64,000 nucleotides of DNA from a virus, in the IMG/VR virus record IMGVR_UViG_3300025853_009406, positions 52,741 through 116,740 of that record. One strand, 5' to 3'. Shown one piece after another: positions 36,655-45,613 of the stretch. The first letter of the stretch is position 1. Each line of letters starts with the position of its first letter. A model generated the notes under the pieces. It ran no database searches. It was given only the letters and a program-made list of their open reading frames with translations, and was not told where the DNA came from. Both the position numbers and the translations under genes were made by a program.

Positions 36655-36713
36655 AATAAATAAAAAGTTTTAGTTTTCAATCAATAGCAAAATTAAAGTA
36701 TAACATGTATTGA

Positions 36714-37274
36714 TCAAATATCATGAATTAAGTTAAAACTCACAGATATTCTATCATTATGCTGATTATCTTGTCCACCAGATCCATGCTTTAACCAGGA
36801 TGGAAACAACACTAACTGATTTATTTTTGGATAAACAACATGAATTTCCTGATATTTTGTATATTTTATCTTAGAAAAATAAAAAGTATTTTGATTTGGA
36901 TTTTCAAATACTAACTTGTTACTGTTTTGATTAACATTAAGATAAAGGCAACCAGAAACAATACTATCACAATGTAAATGTGATAGGAGATTGGTTTTTT
37001 TATTTTGAATAATAGACCAATATCTATCCATTTTTAATTTTTTTAAATGAATAGATTTTCCATACAAATTAGATACTTTTTCTATTCGTTTTATAATATT
37101 TTTATCTAAAAAATTATTATTTTCTACGTAATGATATGTTCCAAATCCATCACCATTTAAAAGATGATGGGAATGATATTTAAGTTTTTTGATTCTTTGT
37201 GTCAATATTTTATTTTCTTTTGGAGTTATAAAATTCTCCAGTATACCAATTGGTATTGAAAATATTTCACTCAT
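36714..37274 (-). CDS. 2OG-Fe(II) oxygenase (TIGR02466-like)
   Basis: HLH, SGCLY, LFPSWLKH, RISVSFN. Confidence 0.85.
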   Translation of the reverse strand: MSEIFSIPIGILENFITPKENKILTQRIKKLKYHSHHLLNGDGFGTYHYVENNNFLDKNIIKRIEKVSNLYGKSIHLKKLKMDRYWSIIQNKKTNLLSHLHCDSIVSGCLYLNVNQNSNKLVFENPNQNTFYFSKIKYTKYQEIHVVYPKINQLVLFPSWLKHGSGGQDNQHNDRISVSFNLIHDI

Positions 37275-37867
37275 GATTCATCACTATAATCACGTATTAA
37301 ATTGAAACTAATAGAAACTCTAGTATCAGTTTCATTCATAATGTAATCAGAACCATGCTCTAACCAACCAGGAAATAATATCAAATCTCCATTTTGAGGA
37401 TGAACTTCATGCGTTGAAGTGTTATACTTATTTTGATGTGTATAATATCCACTTCCAATAAATGGATTTGGATTTTTAAAAACTAATGGATGAGAATTTT
37501 GATCAACGTTGACGTATATAACTCCAGAGATAGAAGAATTGGGATGATTATGTTCTTTCATTAAGCATCCTGGTGTTTCTATGACAGACCAATATGAAGA
37601 TAGCTTGACTTTTGGAATACCAATTTTATCAGCATAGTGATTGGAATGTTTTTCTATTCTAGAAATAATATCATTAGAAAGAAAATTTAATTTTTCACAA
37701 TTTCTGAAAGAACAAAAAGATTTACCAATGAGCATTGGATGATTGTCGTCATGCATTTCTTCATTGTCAAATATTCCATCAAATATACATTTTCTTTCAA
37801 TTTCGTCAATGAAGTTTGGAAATTGATATATTAATGTTGGAAATATTTCAATCATGTTTAAATCCAT
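37271..37867 (-). CDS. 2OG-Fe(II) oxygenase (TIGR02466-like)
   Basis: FPTLI, HNHPNS.ISGVIY, LFPGWLEH, RVSISFN. Confidence 0.88.
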   Translation of the reverse strand: MDLNMIEIFPTLIYQFPNFIDEIERKCIFDGIFDNEEMHDDNHPMLIGKSFCSFRNCEKLNFLSNDIISRIEKHSNHYADKIGIPKVKLSSYWSVIETPGCLMKEHNHPNSSISGVIYVNVDQNSHPLVFKNPNPFIGSGYYTHQNKYNTSTHEVHPQNGDLILFPGWLEHGSDYIMNETDTRVSISFNLIRDYSDES

Positions 37868-38373
37868 TCTGGTTTTCTCTCTGGAATACGACGATAGTTA
37901 TCTTTTACCCAAGGTTTAGATGCAATATACATCTTATACTTGCTGTAGATGTCAACAGTATCATACTTGAATTCATCAGGACCAGCAAAAACAAATGGAG
38001 TCAACTTACTTCTATGTGCACCATCAATCGGAAATAGTTGATTTGCATATGCAAGAGTATGAAGACATGAATGAATCTTTGCATATCGATCAGAATACTC
38101 TTCACAAAGTGCTAATCCATGCCGAATCAACCACCGTGAATTCGCAAGCGTTTCGTTTGCCCACACAGTACATGGGTGATTACGAAAAGCACCCTTCTCC
38201 GTAGCATAGGGTGTGCCGTCTGCCTTGGGAAGAGTGCCATATCCATGCCCCCATTTCTCCGATGCCACAATAGAGAGCATCTGACAGCACTCTAGGGGCA
38301 TCTTGACGATATGCTTGTCAGGTAGGACCTTTGCCGAAACAACAGGGTCAGGGTCTGATACAAAGATGTTCAT
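37858..38373 (-). CDS. Pyrimidine-dimer DNA glycosylase/DenV-like protein
   Basis: MNIF....P..SA..LPDKHIVKMPLE..QML, NHPCTVW, EY..RY.K.H. Confidence 0.8.
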   Translation of the reverse strand: MNIFVSDPDPVVSAKVLPDKHIVKMPLECCQMLSIVASEKWGHGYGTLPKADGTPYATEKGAFRNHPCTVWANETLANSRWLIRHGLALCEEYSDRYAKIHSCLHTLAYANQLFPIDGAHRSKLTPFVFAGPDEFKYDTVDIYSKYKMYIASKPWVKDNYRRIPERKPEWI

Positions 38374-38582
38374 GATAAAAGTTTGCTAAAGCTGATTGCT
38401 AAGAGAAATCCTAGCATAACTACGATGTCCCATGATTTTGTTTTTACAAAATATGGAATTGAAATGGTGTCAGCAATAACATTCATTAAGACACCAGCAG
38501 TCAAATTAACATGTAAAACAACAAAATAGGCAGCAATAACTGTAATACTGCCTACGACTCTCATTGCCGTTAGTGTTTTCAT
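38370..38582 (-). CDS. Small membrane protein
   Basis: Three hydrophobic segments. Confidence 0.65.
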   Translation of the reverse strand: MKTLTAMRVVGSITVIAAYFVVLHVNLTAGVLMNVIADTISIPYFVKTKSWDIVVMLGFLLAISFSKLLS

Positions 38583-39265
38583 CCAAATGTAGAATCAGGT
38601 TCCAGAGCAATATAGTACTTAAGATTGTGCTGAGTGTTGGTAAATTGTGACAAAAGTTTAGAAGACACTACAACGTCATAAGCACCAGGAATAATTTTGA
38701 TGTTCTCAACTTTAAAGTTAAAAGCAAACTCTTTGTCAGTCTCACCAACTACAATTGCATATTCGTTAGAAGTATCATTCTTCTTATCACGAACAACTAG
38801 TTTAATGACACCTGCCTCACCAATTGCGGAGAAATCGGGGAGTTGATAGACTTGTGCTGCTTTGACAAGTTTTTCAAGTGAAGCACTATCAAGTTGAAAA
38901 CAAATATCCTGAGATGGAAGATTAATTTCTTTTTCGGGAGGAGCAACAATCACATTAGGGTCAGCAAAGAAATACTTCACACGACGCTTACCTTCTTTAA
39001 TACTCAGGTAAGAAGGTTCCTGAAAATCGAGATCTGGATCATGGTGGAGAGATAATCCATTCAAAAATTGATTCAGATCGTAAATAGCAAAATCGCGAGG
39101 AAAGTCTTCTTTAATATCTGCTTCTGCAAGAATATTCTTAGCAACAGAAATTGTACGAAGACGATTACCCTCTTTTACCAGAATTGAATTATTAATTCCA
39201 GCAAAATTTTTGAGAATATTGAGGGTATTATCAGACAGTTTCATAGTTTTGGGTTTGAGTTTCAT
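38579..39265 (-). CDS. gp45: Sliding clamp
   Basis: MKLS..T..ILKNFAGIN, FAIYDLNQFL, YYIALE. Confidence 0.96.
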   Translation of the reverse strand: MKLKPKTMKLSDNTLNILKNFAGINNSILVKEGNRLRTISVAKNILAEADIKEDFPRDFAIYDLNQFLNGLSLHHDPDLDFQEPSYLSIKEGKRRVKYFFADPNVIVAPPEKEINLPSQDICFQLDSASLEKLVKAAQVYQLPDFSAIGEAGVIKLVVRDKKNDTSNEYAIVVGETDKEFAFNFKVENIKIIPGAYDVVVSSKLLSQFTNTQHNLKYYIALEPDSTFG

Positions 39266-39771
39266 CACTGGGGGTAGGTTTCACGTTGTGCATTTTTGTC
39301 ATTAAAATGCATCAGAAGAACAGCATAGTGCAGAATCTTCATAATGTCACGTCGTGCAGTGCCTTTCTTATCATAGCGAGAGGCATACTTGAGGATATTA
39401 CTGCGGCAGAAGGATTCACCATCGCCACACGCTTCAATCAGATCAAGTGTCTGAATTTTATCATCACCAGCAGAGTAGTGCTGATTGTATGTTGCAGAAA
39501 TATAATCGGACAGTTCTTTAAGAATAGTATCTTCACTATACTTAAATCGATTAGGATTATTACTAGTAGTCATATCAAGATCAAAGGAAATGTGGTCTTC
39601 ACCTAAACCCATAAAACTTTCATAGGGAACAGGTTGTGCTGCACCAAACGTAACAACATCATCTTGAGGGACATTGAACGAAATAGTATCACTACTTTCT
39701 CCACCTGGGAGAAAACTATTAGCATTTATGTTCTGATCACCCATAGACATAAAATTAAAACTTTCAGTCAT
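39265..39771 (-). CDS. DUF3310-like conserved protein
   Basis: TYNQHY, FCRSNILKYASRY.KKG...DIMK..HY; start uncertain. Confidence 0.7.
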   Translation of the reverse strand: MTESFNFMSMGDQNINANSFLPGGESSDTISFNVPQDDVVTFGAAQPVPYESFMGLGEDHISFDLDMTTSNNPNRFKYSEDTILKELSDYISATYNQHYSAGDDKIQTLDLIEACGDGESFCRSNILKYASRYDKKGTARRDIMKILHYAVLLMHFNDKNAQRETYPQ

Positions 39772-39787
39772 ATTTAATGAAAAATAA

Positions 39788-39816
39788 TAAAAGTAGAGGT
39801 GGTTTTTCACCTCTAC
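39788..39816 (-). terminator. Intrinsic terminator after cobS
   Basis: GTAGAGGTG-AAAAAC-CACCTCTAC-TTTT. Confidence 0.75.
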
Positions 39817-39824
39817 AAATTATA

Positions 39825-40943
39825 TCAGGAGAAGTTGTGAGAGTCAAGGCATTCTTTCTGATCTTCAGAAGGCATCTGGAAATCAGCATCAACTTTGTCA
39901 TATAGTTCCAAAAATGCTTGCTTAGTCTCATCATCAAAACGGTTCACACATACTTGAATTGCCTTCGCTTTATCGTTAAAGATACGATATGCCTTAACAA
40001 TATGAACCAGGCGACGAGTACTGATAATTTCCTCAATGCCACCATCATAAAAGGTCTTACGAATAATATCTGCCCAATCAGAAAGACGCTTACAAAAATC
40101 GTCATCCTTACAAAATTTATTCAAGATCTTCTCTTCAATTTTCGGAGTAGGATACTCTTGTTCAAAAGTTACAGGGAATCGCTCAAGGAATGCTTCGTTG
40201 AGCACGTTAGTTCCAACGAATCGCCCATCATCTGAACCTTTACCTTTAGTGTTTGCGGTTGCGATGACATTGAAACCTGCAGCGGGTCGAACAAACTTGC
40301 CGATTTTTTTAAGGAAGACTCCATTTCCTTCAAGGATAGATTGGAGACAGAGAATTTTATTAGAGGCAAGGTCGATCTCGTCAAGGAGCAGGATAGCTCC
40401 TCGTTGAAGTGCTTCAATGACTGGTCCATTGTGCCAGACGGTTGCACCATCAACAAGGCGGAAACCGCCGATAAGATCATCTTCATCAGTTTCAATAGTA
40501 ATGTTTACGCGGATCAGTTCCCGTCCGAGTTGAGCACATGCTTGCTCAACAGAGAACGTTTTACCGTTGCCCGAAAGACCCGTGATAAACGTAGGGTAGA
40601 AAATACGGGACTCAACAATTTTTTTAATGTCGCCAAAATTACCAAACTTGACAAAGGAATCATCTTTTTGAGGAATAAGATTTTGTTCAATTGCAGGAAT
40701 TGCTGCAGGAGAATTATAAGTTACTTCCAGATCTTCAACTGTTTCCTTTGTTACTTCCAGGTTCCATTTACCACGACCTACTTTACAATCAGTAAGTTTA
40801 TTAGTAACAGTTTGATAGTTAGAACCATTCATAGCACACCAAGCACGAATATCTGCAGCAGTTACAGATTCTCCGTAAAGTTGCTGAAGAGAAGTGCGAA
40901 TGTATTCAGAAGACATGGTCATGATGTAAGTTGTTTGTTTCAA
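39825..40943 (-). CDS. cobS: CobS/MoxR-like AAA+ ATPase
   Basis: GLSGNGKT, LLLDEID, TANTKG, NEAFLERF, STRRL. Confidence 0.92.
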   Translation of the reverse strand: MKQTTYIMTMSSEYIRTSLQQLYGESVTAADIRAWCAMNGSNYQTVTNKLTDCKVGRGKWNLEVTKETVEDLEVTYNSPAAIPAIEQNLIPQKDDSFVKFGNFGDIKKIVESRIFYPTFITGLSGNGKTFSVEQACAQLGRELIRVNITIETDEDDLIGGFRLVDGATVWHNGPVIEALQRGAILLLDEIDLASNKILCLQSILEGNGVFLKKIGKFVRPAAGFNVIATANTKGKGSDDGRFVGTNVLNEAFLERFPVTFEQEYPTPKIEEKILNKFCKDDDFCKRLSDWADIIRKTFYDGGIEEIISTRRLVHIVKAYRIFNDKAKAIQVCVNRFDDETKQAFLELYDKVDADFQMPSEDQKECLDSHNFS

Positions 40944-40998
40944 CTGAAGTTATTATAAATGAAAAAGGAGGAGTAGTCCTCCCCAGTGTGCCAGTAAA

Positions 40999-41310
40999 TC
41001 AATTGGATAAAAACTCTTCCAATTCATTCAAGAGTGTTGCTTTGTTGTGTCTTCTATCTAACTCAAGACCAACAGTTCTAGCATATTCTTCAAGTTCTCT
41101 TTTGGTCATGTCATTGAGTGATACATCACTTTCATAACCATCTTCCTCAGATACTTCTCTAAGTTCTTCTTCAATTACCTCATCATAGTTTGTAGTATCT
41201 TCATCCACAATAGGAGATTCTACAACTTCTACAGTTTCTTCTACTACAGGTTCTGGAGCAGGTGTAGGAGGTGTCTTTTTACCTGCGAGTAAATCTCCAA
41301 ATCTAGACAT
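40999..41310 (-). CDS. Acidic protein with C-terminal HeH/Rho-N-like motif
   Basis: LNDMTKRELEEYARTVGLELDRRHNKATLL; late promoter at 41336-41342. Confidence 0.65.
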   Translation of the reverse strand: MSRFGDLLAGKKTPPTPAPEPVVEETVEVVESPIVDEDTTNYDEVIEEELREVSEEDGYESDVSLNDMTKRELEEYARTVGLELDRRHNKATLLNELEEFLSN

Positions 41311-41341
41311 TTTAATTACCTATAACTTATAAAAATATTTA

Positions 41342-43468
41342 TCACGCAATGAGTTCTACAAACTCACCCAAGATTTTTTTATTCATTTTTTTAGTTTTCA
41401 AACTTTTTGCAAAGGCAGACTTAATTTGTGTTTTAGTCGCATCATCAGAAACACTAAAATCACTATTCTTTGATAGAGAATTTGAAGAAATTCCAAAATA
41501 AAGATCGTATCCAGAATTTTTAATAGAAAACGATTTCATCTTTTTCCAATCCTTCATTGCAGTCTCATAACTTTTCCCACTATATCCACAATATCTGCGA
41601 ATAAAAGAACCAGAATCACGAGATACGAGAACACGCATACCAATAAAATTTACATCGGGAAATTTGTCTTTCAAATTCTTAAGAAGAATATCAGTGAACT
41701 GATGCCAATCACAATCTAGAGAATAAGTAGTACCAATTTTTCTATCACGAAGGACACAACGAGGTCCAATAGTAGCCAATCCAATATATGGCTCTTCTTC
41801 CCATGGTCTCTGAACTTCAGTATGACGCTTTAGGTCATATCCTTCACCATCAGTAAGAACAACACACTGAACTTTTTGAAGATTATTTTCTTTTTTGAAT
41901 TTTGGAAGAATTTGGTGTAGTGCAACCATACTTTCATTCAGAGGAGTACCCGAAAGACTCAGACCAGGAGGAACAGAATATCTTGCAGAACCCCATCCCT
42001 CAAAGCAGCGAGAAAGACGATAAATGGTTTTCATTTGTTCGTTAAGTTCTTTACCATTCACTTTACTAGTAAGAAGATTCATAAGGCTAAACCACTCACC
42101 AATATGGAAAATTCCTGCACGCTCTTTATAAGGGCGAGACCTTGTCACAAGGTTTCCATCTTCATCGTCAGAATTAATAGGATAATCAGATGTAAAAGCG
42201 TATACTTCAAAAGGAATTGAAACTTTTTTACAGAACCAAATCAAATTAAACAACTGTTTGACGGTATCAGAAATAACATCACACATAGATCCAGACCAAT
42301 CCAAAACAAATACCAAACCATGATTCTTACCATCAGCAAGAGTGGTCACTTTCTTGAACAAATCTTCATTGTACTTGTAGGTATGAAGTTTGGAGCAATC
42401 AAGAACACCAGTGCGAGCAGTCGTAGCACGAGCATAAGAATCTGCTGCTTTCTTACACTCAAACTCCTTGACTAGGTAATTAACTTCTTTCTGTGCAGTT
42501 TTTTTAAATTTTTCAAAGTCTTTGTCTACAAATTCAAACATCAAATGATCTCCAGTTTGTTTGGAGTATTCGTGCCAATAGTTATTACACCTTGTGTGAA
42601 TTTCACGGTTATCAACGATAACTTTATCGATATCAATTTCTGGAATTTCCAGATAAATTTTTTCACTAGCATTAAAATCTACAAGATTTTTAAGAGATTC
42701 TTCTAGAGAATCAGCAGTCTTAATATCAAGATCATTATCTTCTTGATCTACTTCATCTACAATTTCTTCATCAAATTTATTACCATCATCCTTATTTTCA
42801 GCAGTGCCACCATAGGATTCATTAGATTCTGGTTCAATAGAATCGTTATTGTTATCACTTTGGTCTTCAGAATCTGATTCTCCATTATTCTCAGAATCAT
42901 TCCGAGAAGACGAATTATTACTTTCAGATTTACAATACTTGTATAGCATTTCAGATGCTACAAGAACATCATCAAATGTTTCACAATTATCAATGTAATT
43001 GATAATTGTTTTCTCGGTTTCTTTAAAATTAATATCTACAAAATTACCAATCTTAAAATAAAGATTTACACGATCTGCAAGATTCATTGTATCAACATTT
43101 TCACCCTCAAGTTGAAAAAAATCTTGATCTGAAAGTTCTTGATAACCACGATAAAACGTTTTAGCAAGACCCACATATCGACGTTTCATCATCTTTTCGA
43201 TACGAGCATCTTCGACAATATTTACAATTTGTGGTGGAATATTCACCTCTTTCAACCAATTTCTGTCTGGAGTATAAAGAGCATGTCCAACCTCATGCCC
43301 AACAAGCATATCATATACATAACTACTGGCCTTTTCCCACATTGGGAGAGTTAGTACGCGGGTGTGAACGTTAAATTGTGCAGTTTCAACGTGACGATTT
43401 TCAACAACGAGATCTTCAGTAGCAAGAAGTTTAGCAAGTTGTGATTTGATTTCCTGATTAACTGCCAT
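41342..43468 (-). CDS. Metallopeptidase-vWA protein (CobT-like partner of CobS)
   Basis: HEVGH, NIVEDARIE, acidic linker, LDWSGSM MIDAS, GTPL, LTDGE. Confidence 0.88.
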   Translation of the reverse strand: MAVNQEIKSQLAKLLATEDLVVENRHVETAQFNVHTRVLTLPMWEKASSYVYDMLVGHEVGHALYTPDRNWLKEVNIPPQIVNIVEDARIEKMMKRRYVGLAKTFYRGYQELSDQDFFQLEGENVDTMNLADRVNLYFKIGNFVDINFKETEKTIINYIDNCETFDDVLVASEMLYKYCKSESNNSSSRNDSENNGESDSEDQSDNNNDSIEPESNESYGGTAENKDDGNKFDEEIVDEVDQEDNDLDIKTADSLEESLKNLVDFNASEKIYLEIPEIDIDKVIVDNREIHTRCNNYWHEYSKQTGDHLMFEFVDKDFEKFKKTAQKEVNYLVKEFECKKAADSYARATTARTGVLDCSKLHTYKYNEDLFKKVTTLADGKNHGLVFVLDWSGSMCDVISDTVKQLFNLIWFCKKVSIPFEVYAFTSDYPINSDDEDGNLVTRSRPYKERAGIFHIGEWFSLMNLLTSKVNGKELNEQMKTIYRLSRCFEGWGSARYSVPPGLSLSGTPLNESMVALHQILPKFKKENNLQKVQCVVLTDGEGYDLKRHTEVQRPWEEEPYIGLATIGPRCVLRDRKIGTTYSLDCDWHQFTDILLKNLKDKFPDVNFIGMRVLVSRDSGSFIRRYCGYSGKSYETAMKDWKKMKSFSIKNSGYDLYFGISSNSLSKNSDFSVSDDATKTQIKSAFAKSLKTKKMNKKILGEFVELIA

Positions 43469-43494
43469 GGAGGAGGTTCATTCGTATGTACGTA

Positions 43495-43641
43495 TCATAC
43501 AAAAGAACCCTGCTGTTTAGGCAGGGTCATGTGACGCTTTTTGAACTGGCGTAGTGCTTCTCGCCGCGCTCGCATTGCTTGTGGTTTTAATTTTCGTTTT
43601 TGCTCTTTCTTAGAATGGTGTTGCCAGTTAGGGGTGTTCAT
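43495..43641 (-). CDS. Small basic hypothetical protein (48 aa)
   Basis: Manual translation MNTPNWQHHSKKEQKRKLKPQAMRARREALRQFKKRH. Confidence 0.6.
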   Translation of the reverse strand: MNTPNWQHHSKKEQKRKLKPQAMRARREALRQFKKRHMTLPKQQGSFV

Positions 43642-43791
43642 CAGAAATTCCTCTAATACGCTTCCAATCATTATACATTGCCATAAGACTCCAACTAGAT
43701 GACAAACTGTTTGGTCCTTTATCCAATAGTTCTAGTTGTCTCTTACCCAAAAGTTTCATTTGTTTATAATCTTCTTTCCAGTCAGTTTTGC

Positions 43792-44028
43792 TCATTCAAA
43801 CATTCCTCGATCTTTCATGAAATTGAGTGTTTCTTTCAATCCACCTATATGTTTGAAACCAACATTGACCTGTGGGTATTCTGCTTCCTCACCAAATTCA
43901 GCAACAAAACCTCTCTGTGAGAAGTGCTGATTTAATTTATAAACATGAATTTGAAAATTAAGTTTTTCTAAAAGAATTTTAGCACGTTCACATTCCTGAT
44001 TGCCGTTGGAATAGATTACTGCTTCCAT
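43792..44028 (-). CDS. Glutaredoxin-like protein (single Cys)
   Basis: IYSNGNQECERAK, YPQV...HIGG. Confidence 0.8.
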   Translation of the reverse strand: MEAVIYSNGNQECERAKILLEKLNFQIHVYKLNQHFSQRGFVAEFGEEAEYPQVNVGFKHIGGLKETLNFMKDRGMFE

Positions 44029-44258
44029 TACTTTTTGTCCTCCTCGTATTCGATTACAATTTTATATTTAACATTACCACGACTATCTTGTTCGACGTAC
44101 TTTTTAAGTTCGCCATCCAAATTTTCTGCGATTTGATGCAATTGCCACCAGGGAATAATTTTTTCCCTTTTACCCTCTACCATTTTAGATTGTTTATCAT
44201 CCCAAATGTAATTATGCAATTTACCATCTTTACCAATAACTTGATAATCATATTCCAT
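44028..44258 (-). CDS. Hypothetical protein
   Basis: Coupled ORF. Confidence 0.55.
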   Translation of the reverse strand: MEYDYQVIGKDGKLHNYIWDDKQSKMVEGKREKIIPWWQLHQIAENLDGELKKYVEQDSRGNVKYKIVIEYEEDKK

Positions 44259-44260
44259 AA

Positions 44261-44575
44261 TTAATCTCTCTGTCGCCAGTCATCTGGTTTGTCTTGTTTG
44301 AACCAATCTACGATTTCATCCGCAGAATCAAACCCCGATTTGTAATTAGATGGGTCGGGGTCTCCTAATCCCATCTTATTCATAAAATCGTCCATACTAC
44401 CTTCCTCAATATCTTGTGATGCCTGGCGACGTGCTTTACGCAACCATTCTCTAGCAGTAGTATGACGTTTGGCAAGTTTCTCTGCCCAAATCATATCTTC
44501 AAGTTTGACTTCTTCCTTGTTAGCAATCTTCTTACAGATAAACTCCAGTCGGAGTCTGTATTGAGTGGATAGCAT
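44261..44575 (-). CDS. Conserved cyanophage hypothetical protein
   Basis: MLSTQYRLRLE.IC..I...DMIWAEKL...DDWRQRD. Confidence 0.75.
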   Translation of the reverse strand: MLSTQYRLRLEFICKKIANKEEVKLEDMIWAEKLAKRHTTAREWLRKARRQASQDIEEGSMDDFMNKMGLGDPDPSNYKSGFDSADEIVDWFKQDKPDDWRQRD

Positions 44576-44576
44576 A

Positions 44577-44774
44577 TTATTCTTCCGAGAGATAGTGCTC
44601 TAGTTGGTTGATCCTTTGAAACTCTTGATACGCTGCCTCAGAACGAACGTGAAGAATATCACGCAGGTCATCCATAATAAATGTTGGATCGATACCATCT
44701 TCTAGATATTTATCTATTGCTTCCTTGAGGTATCTGTATCTATGCCACTCAAGACTATACGGTTTATAGTTCAT
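44577..44774 (-). CDS. Hypothetical protein
   Basis: YKPYSLEWHRYRYL. Confidence 0.6.
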   Translation of the reverse strand: MNYKPYSLEWHRYRYLKEAIDKYLEDGIDPTFIMDDLRDILHVRSEAAYQEFQRINQLEHYLSEE

Positions 44775-44824
44775 AATATATTAAATCATAGTATTATAGT
44801 AGCAAAAATAATTAAACATGTCAA

Positions 44825-45613
44825 TCAATTCATAGACCAATCAATAACTGTTCTAATGCTTTGATTGTATTCCCAAACTTTTTGTAAAATATCAGAATTT
44901 ACACCGTTCTCTTCCATCTGAACTATAAGAGAATTTAAATCTTTAGGAAAACATGTTCCACCAAAACCACGATCATTATCAAATCCAGGAACTTTAGTAT
45001 GAGAAGATCCTATTCTACTATCGCTTGTAACTCCATCACAAACAATATTATAATCCATACCAGTAGACTGACAAAGGTCATACATCTTGTTAAAATAAGC
45101 AACTTTTGTTGCTAAGAAACTATTAGAAAAATACTTAATCGCTTCACTTTCATCAGATGTAGTTATTACACTGGGAGTTGATGGAAACACAGTTTTAAAG
45201 AAATTTACAAACTGTTTACACAATTTTATATCTCCACCAACAACATTTCTCTCAGAATTTCTGTAGTCCTCTACAGCATTTCTTGCGGTTAAAAATTCTG
45301 GGTTATGTATTACCTTGCGGTTTTTTGAAAATTTTTTCGTTGTTCCAATAGGAACAGTTGATTTAATTACAAATATACATTTGGTTTTCTTTGGCAGTTC
45401 TTCAAAAAAATTATTTAAAATACTGAGATCGCACTCGCCAGTAGATTTCATGGGTGTTGGTAAACACACAAAAACAAACATCTGTTCCAATACTTCACCA
45501 AGAGTATTAAAAGATTTGTTTTTGTCTACATCATAAACTTTACAATCAACTTTATCTCTCAAATTCTGATAAAGAGCGTTTCCAACAAAACCATTCCCAA
45601 CAATTCCAATCAT
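44825..45613 (-). CDS. UDP-glucose/GDP-mannose dehydrogenase-family protein (no C-terminal domain)
   Basis: GIVGNGFVG, CLPTP, IKSTVP.GTT, NPEFL, AIKY..N, GFGGTCFPKD. Confidence 0.88.
   Translation of the reverse strand: MIGIVGNGFVGNALYQNLRDKVDCKVYDVDKNKSFNTLGEVLEQMFVFVCLPTPMKSTGECDLSILNNFFEELPKKTKCIFVIKSTVPIGTTKKFSKNRKVIHNPEFLTARNAVEDYRNSERNVVGGDIKLCKQFVNFFKTVFPSTPSVITTSDESEAIKYFSNSFLATKVAYFNKMYDLCQSTGMDYNIVCDGVTSDSRIGSSHTKVPGFDNDRGFGGTCFPKDLNSLIVQMEENGVNSDILQKVWEYNQSIRTVIDWSMN

Noticed and set aside
40341-40958. Long plus-strand ORFs antisense to cobS (similarly gp44, gp23, gp22 and 18832-19425)
   Set aside because: Typical shadow frames of conserved genes with biased codon usage; no motifs
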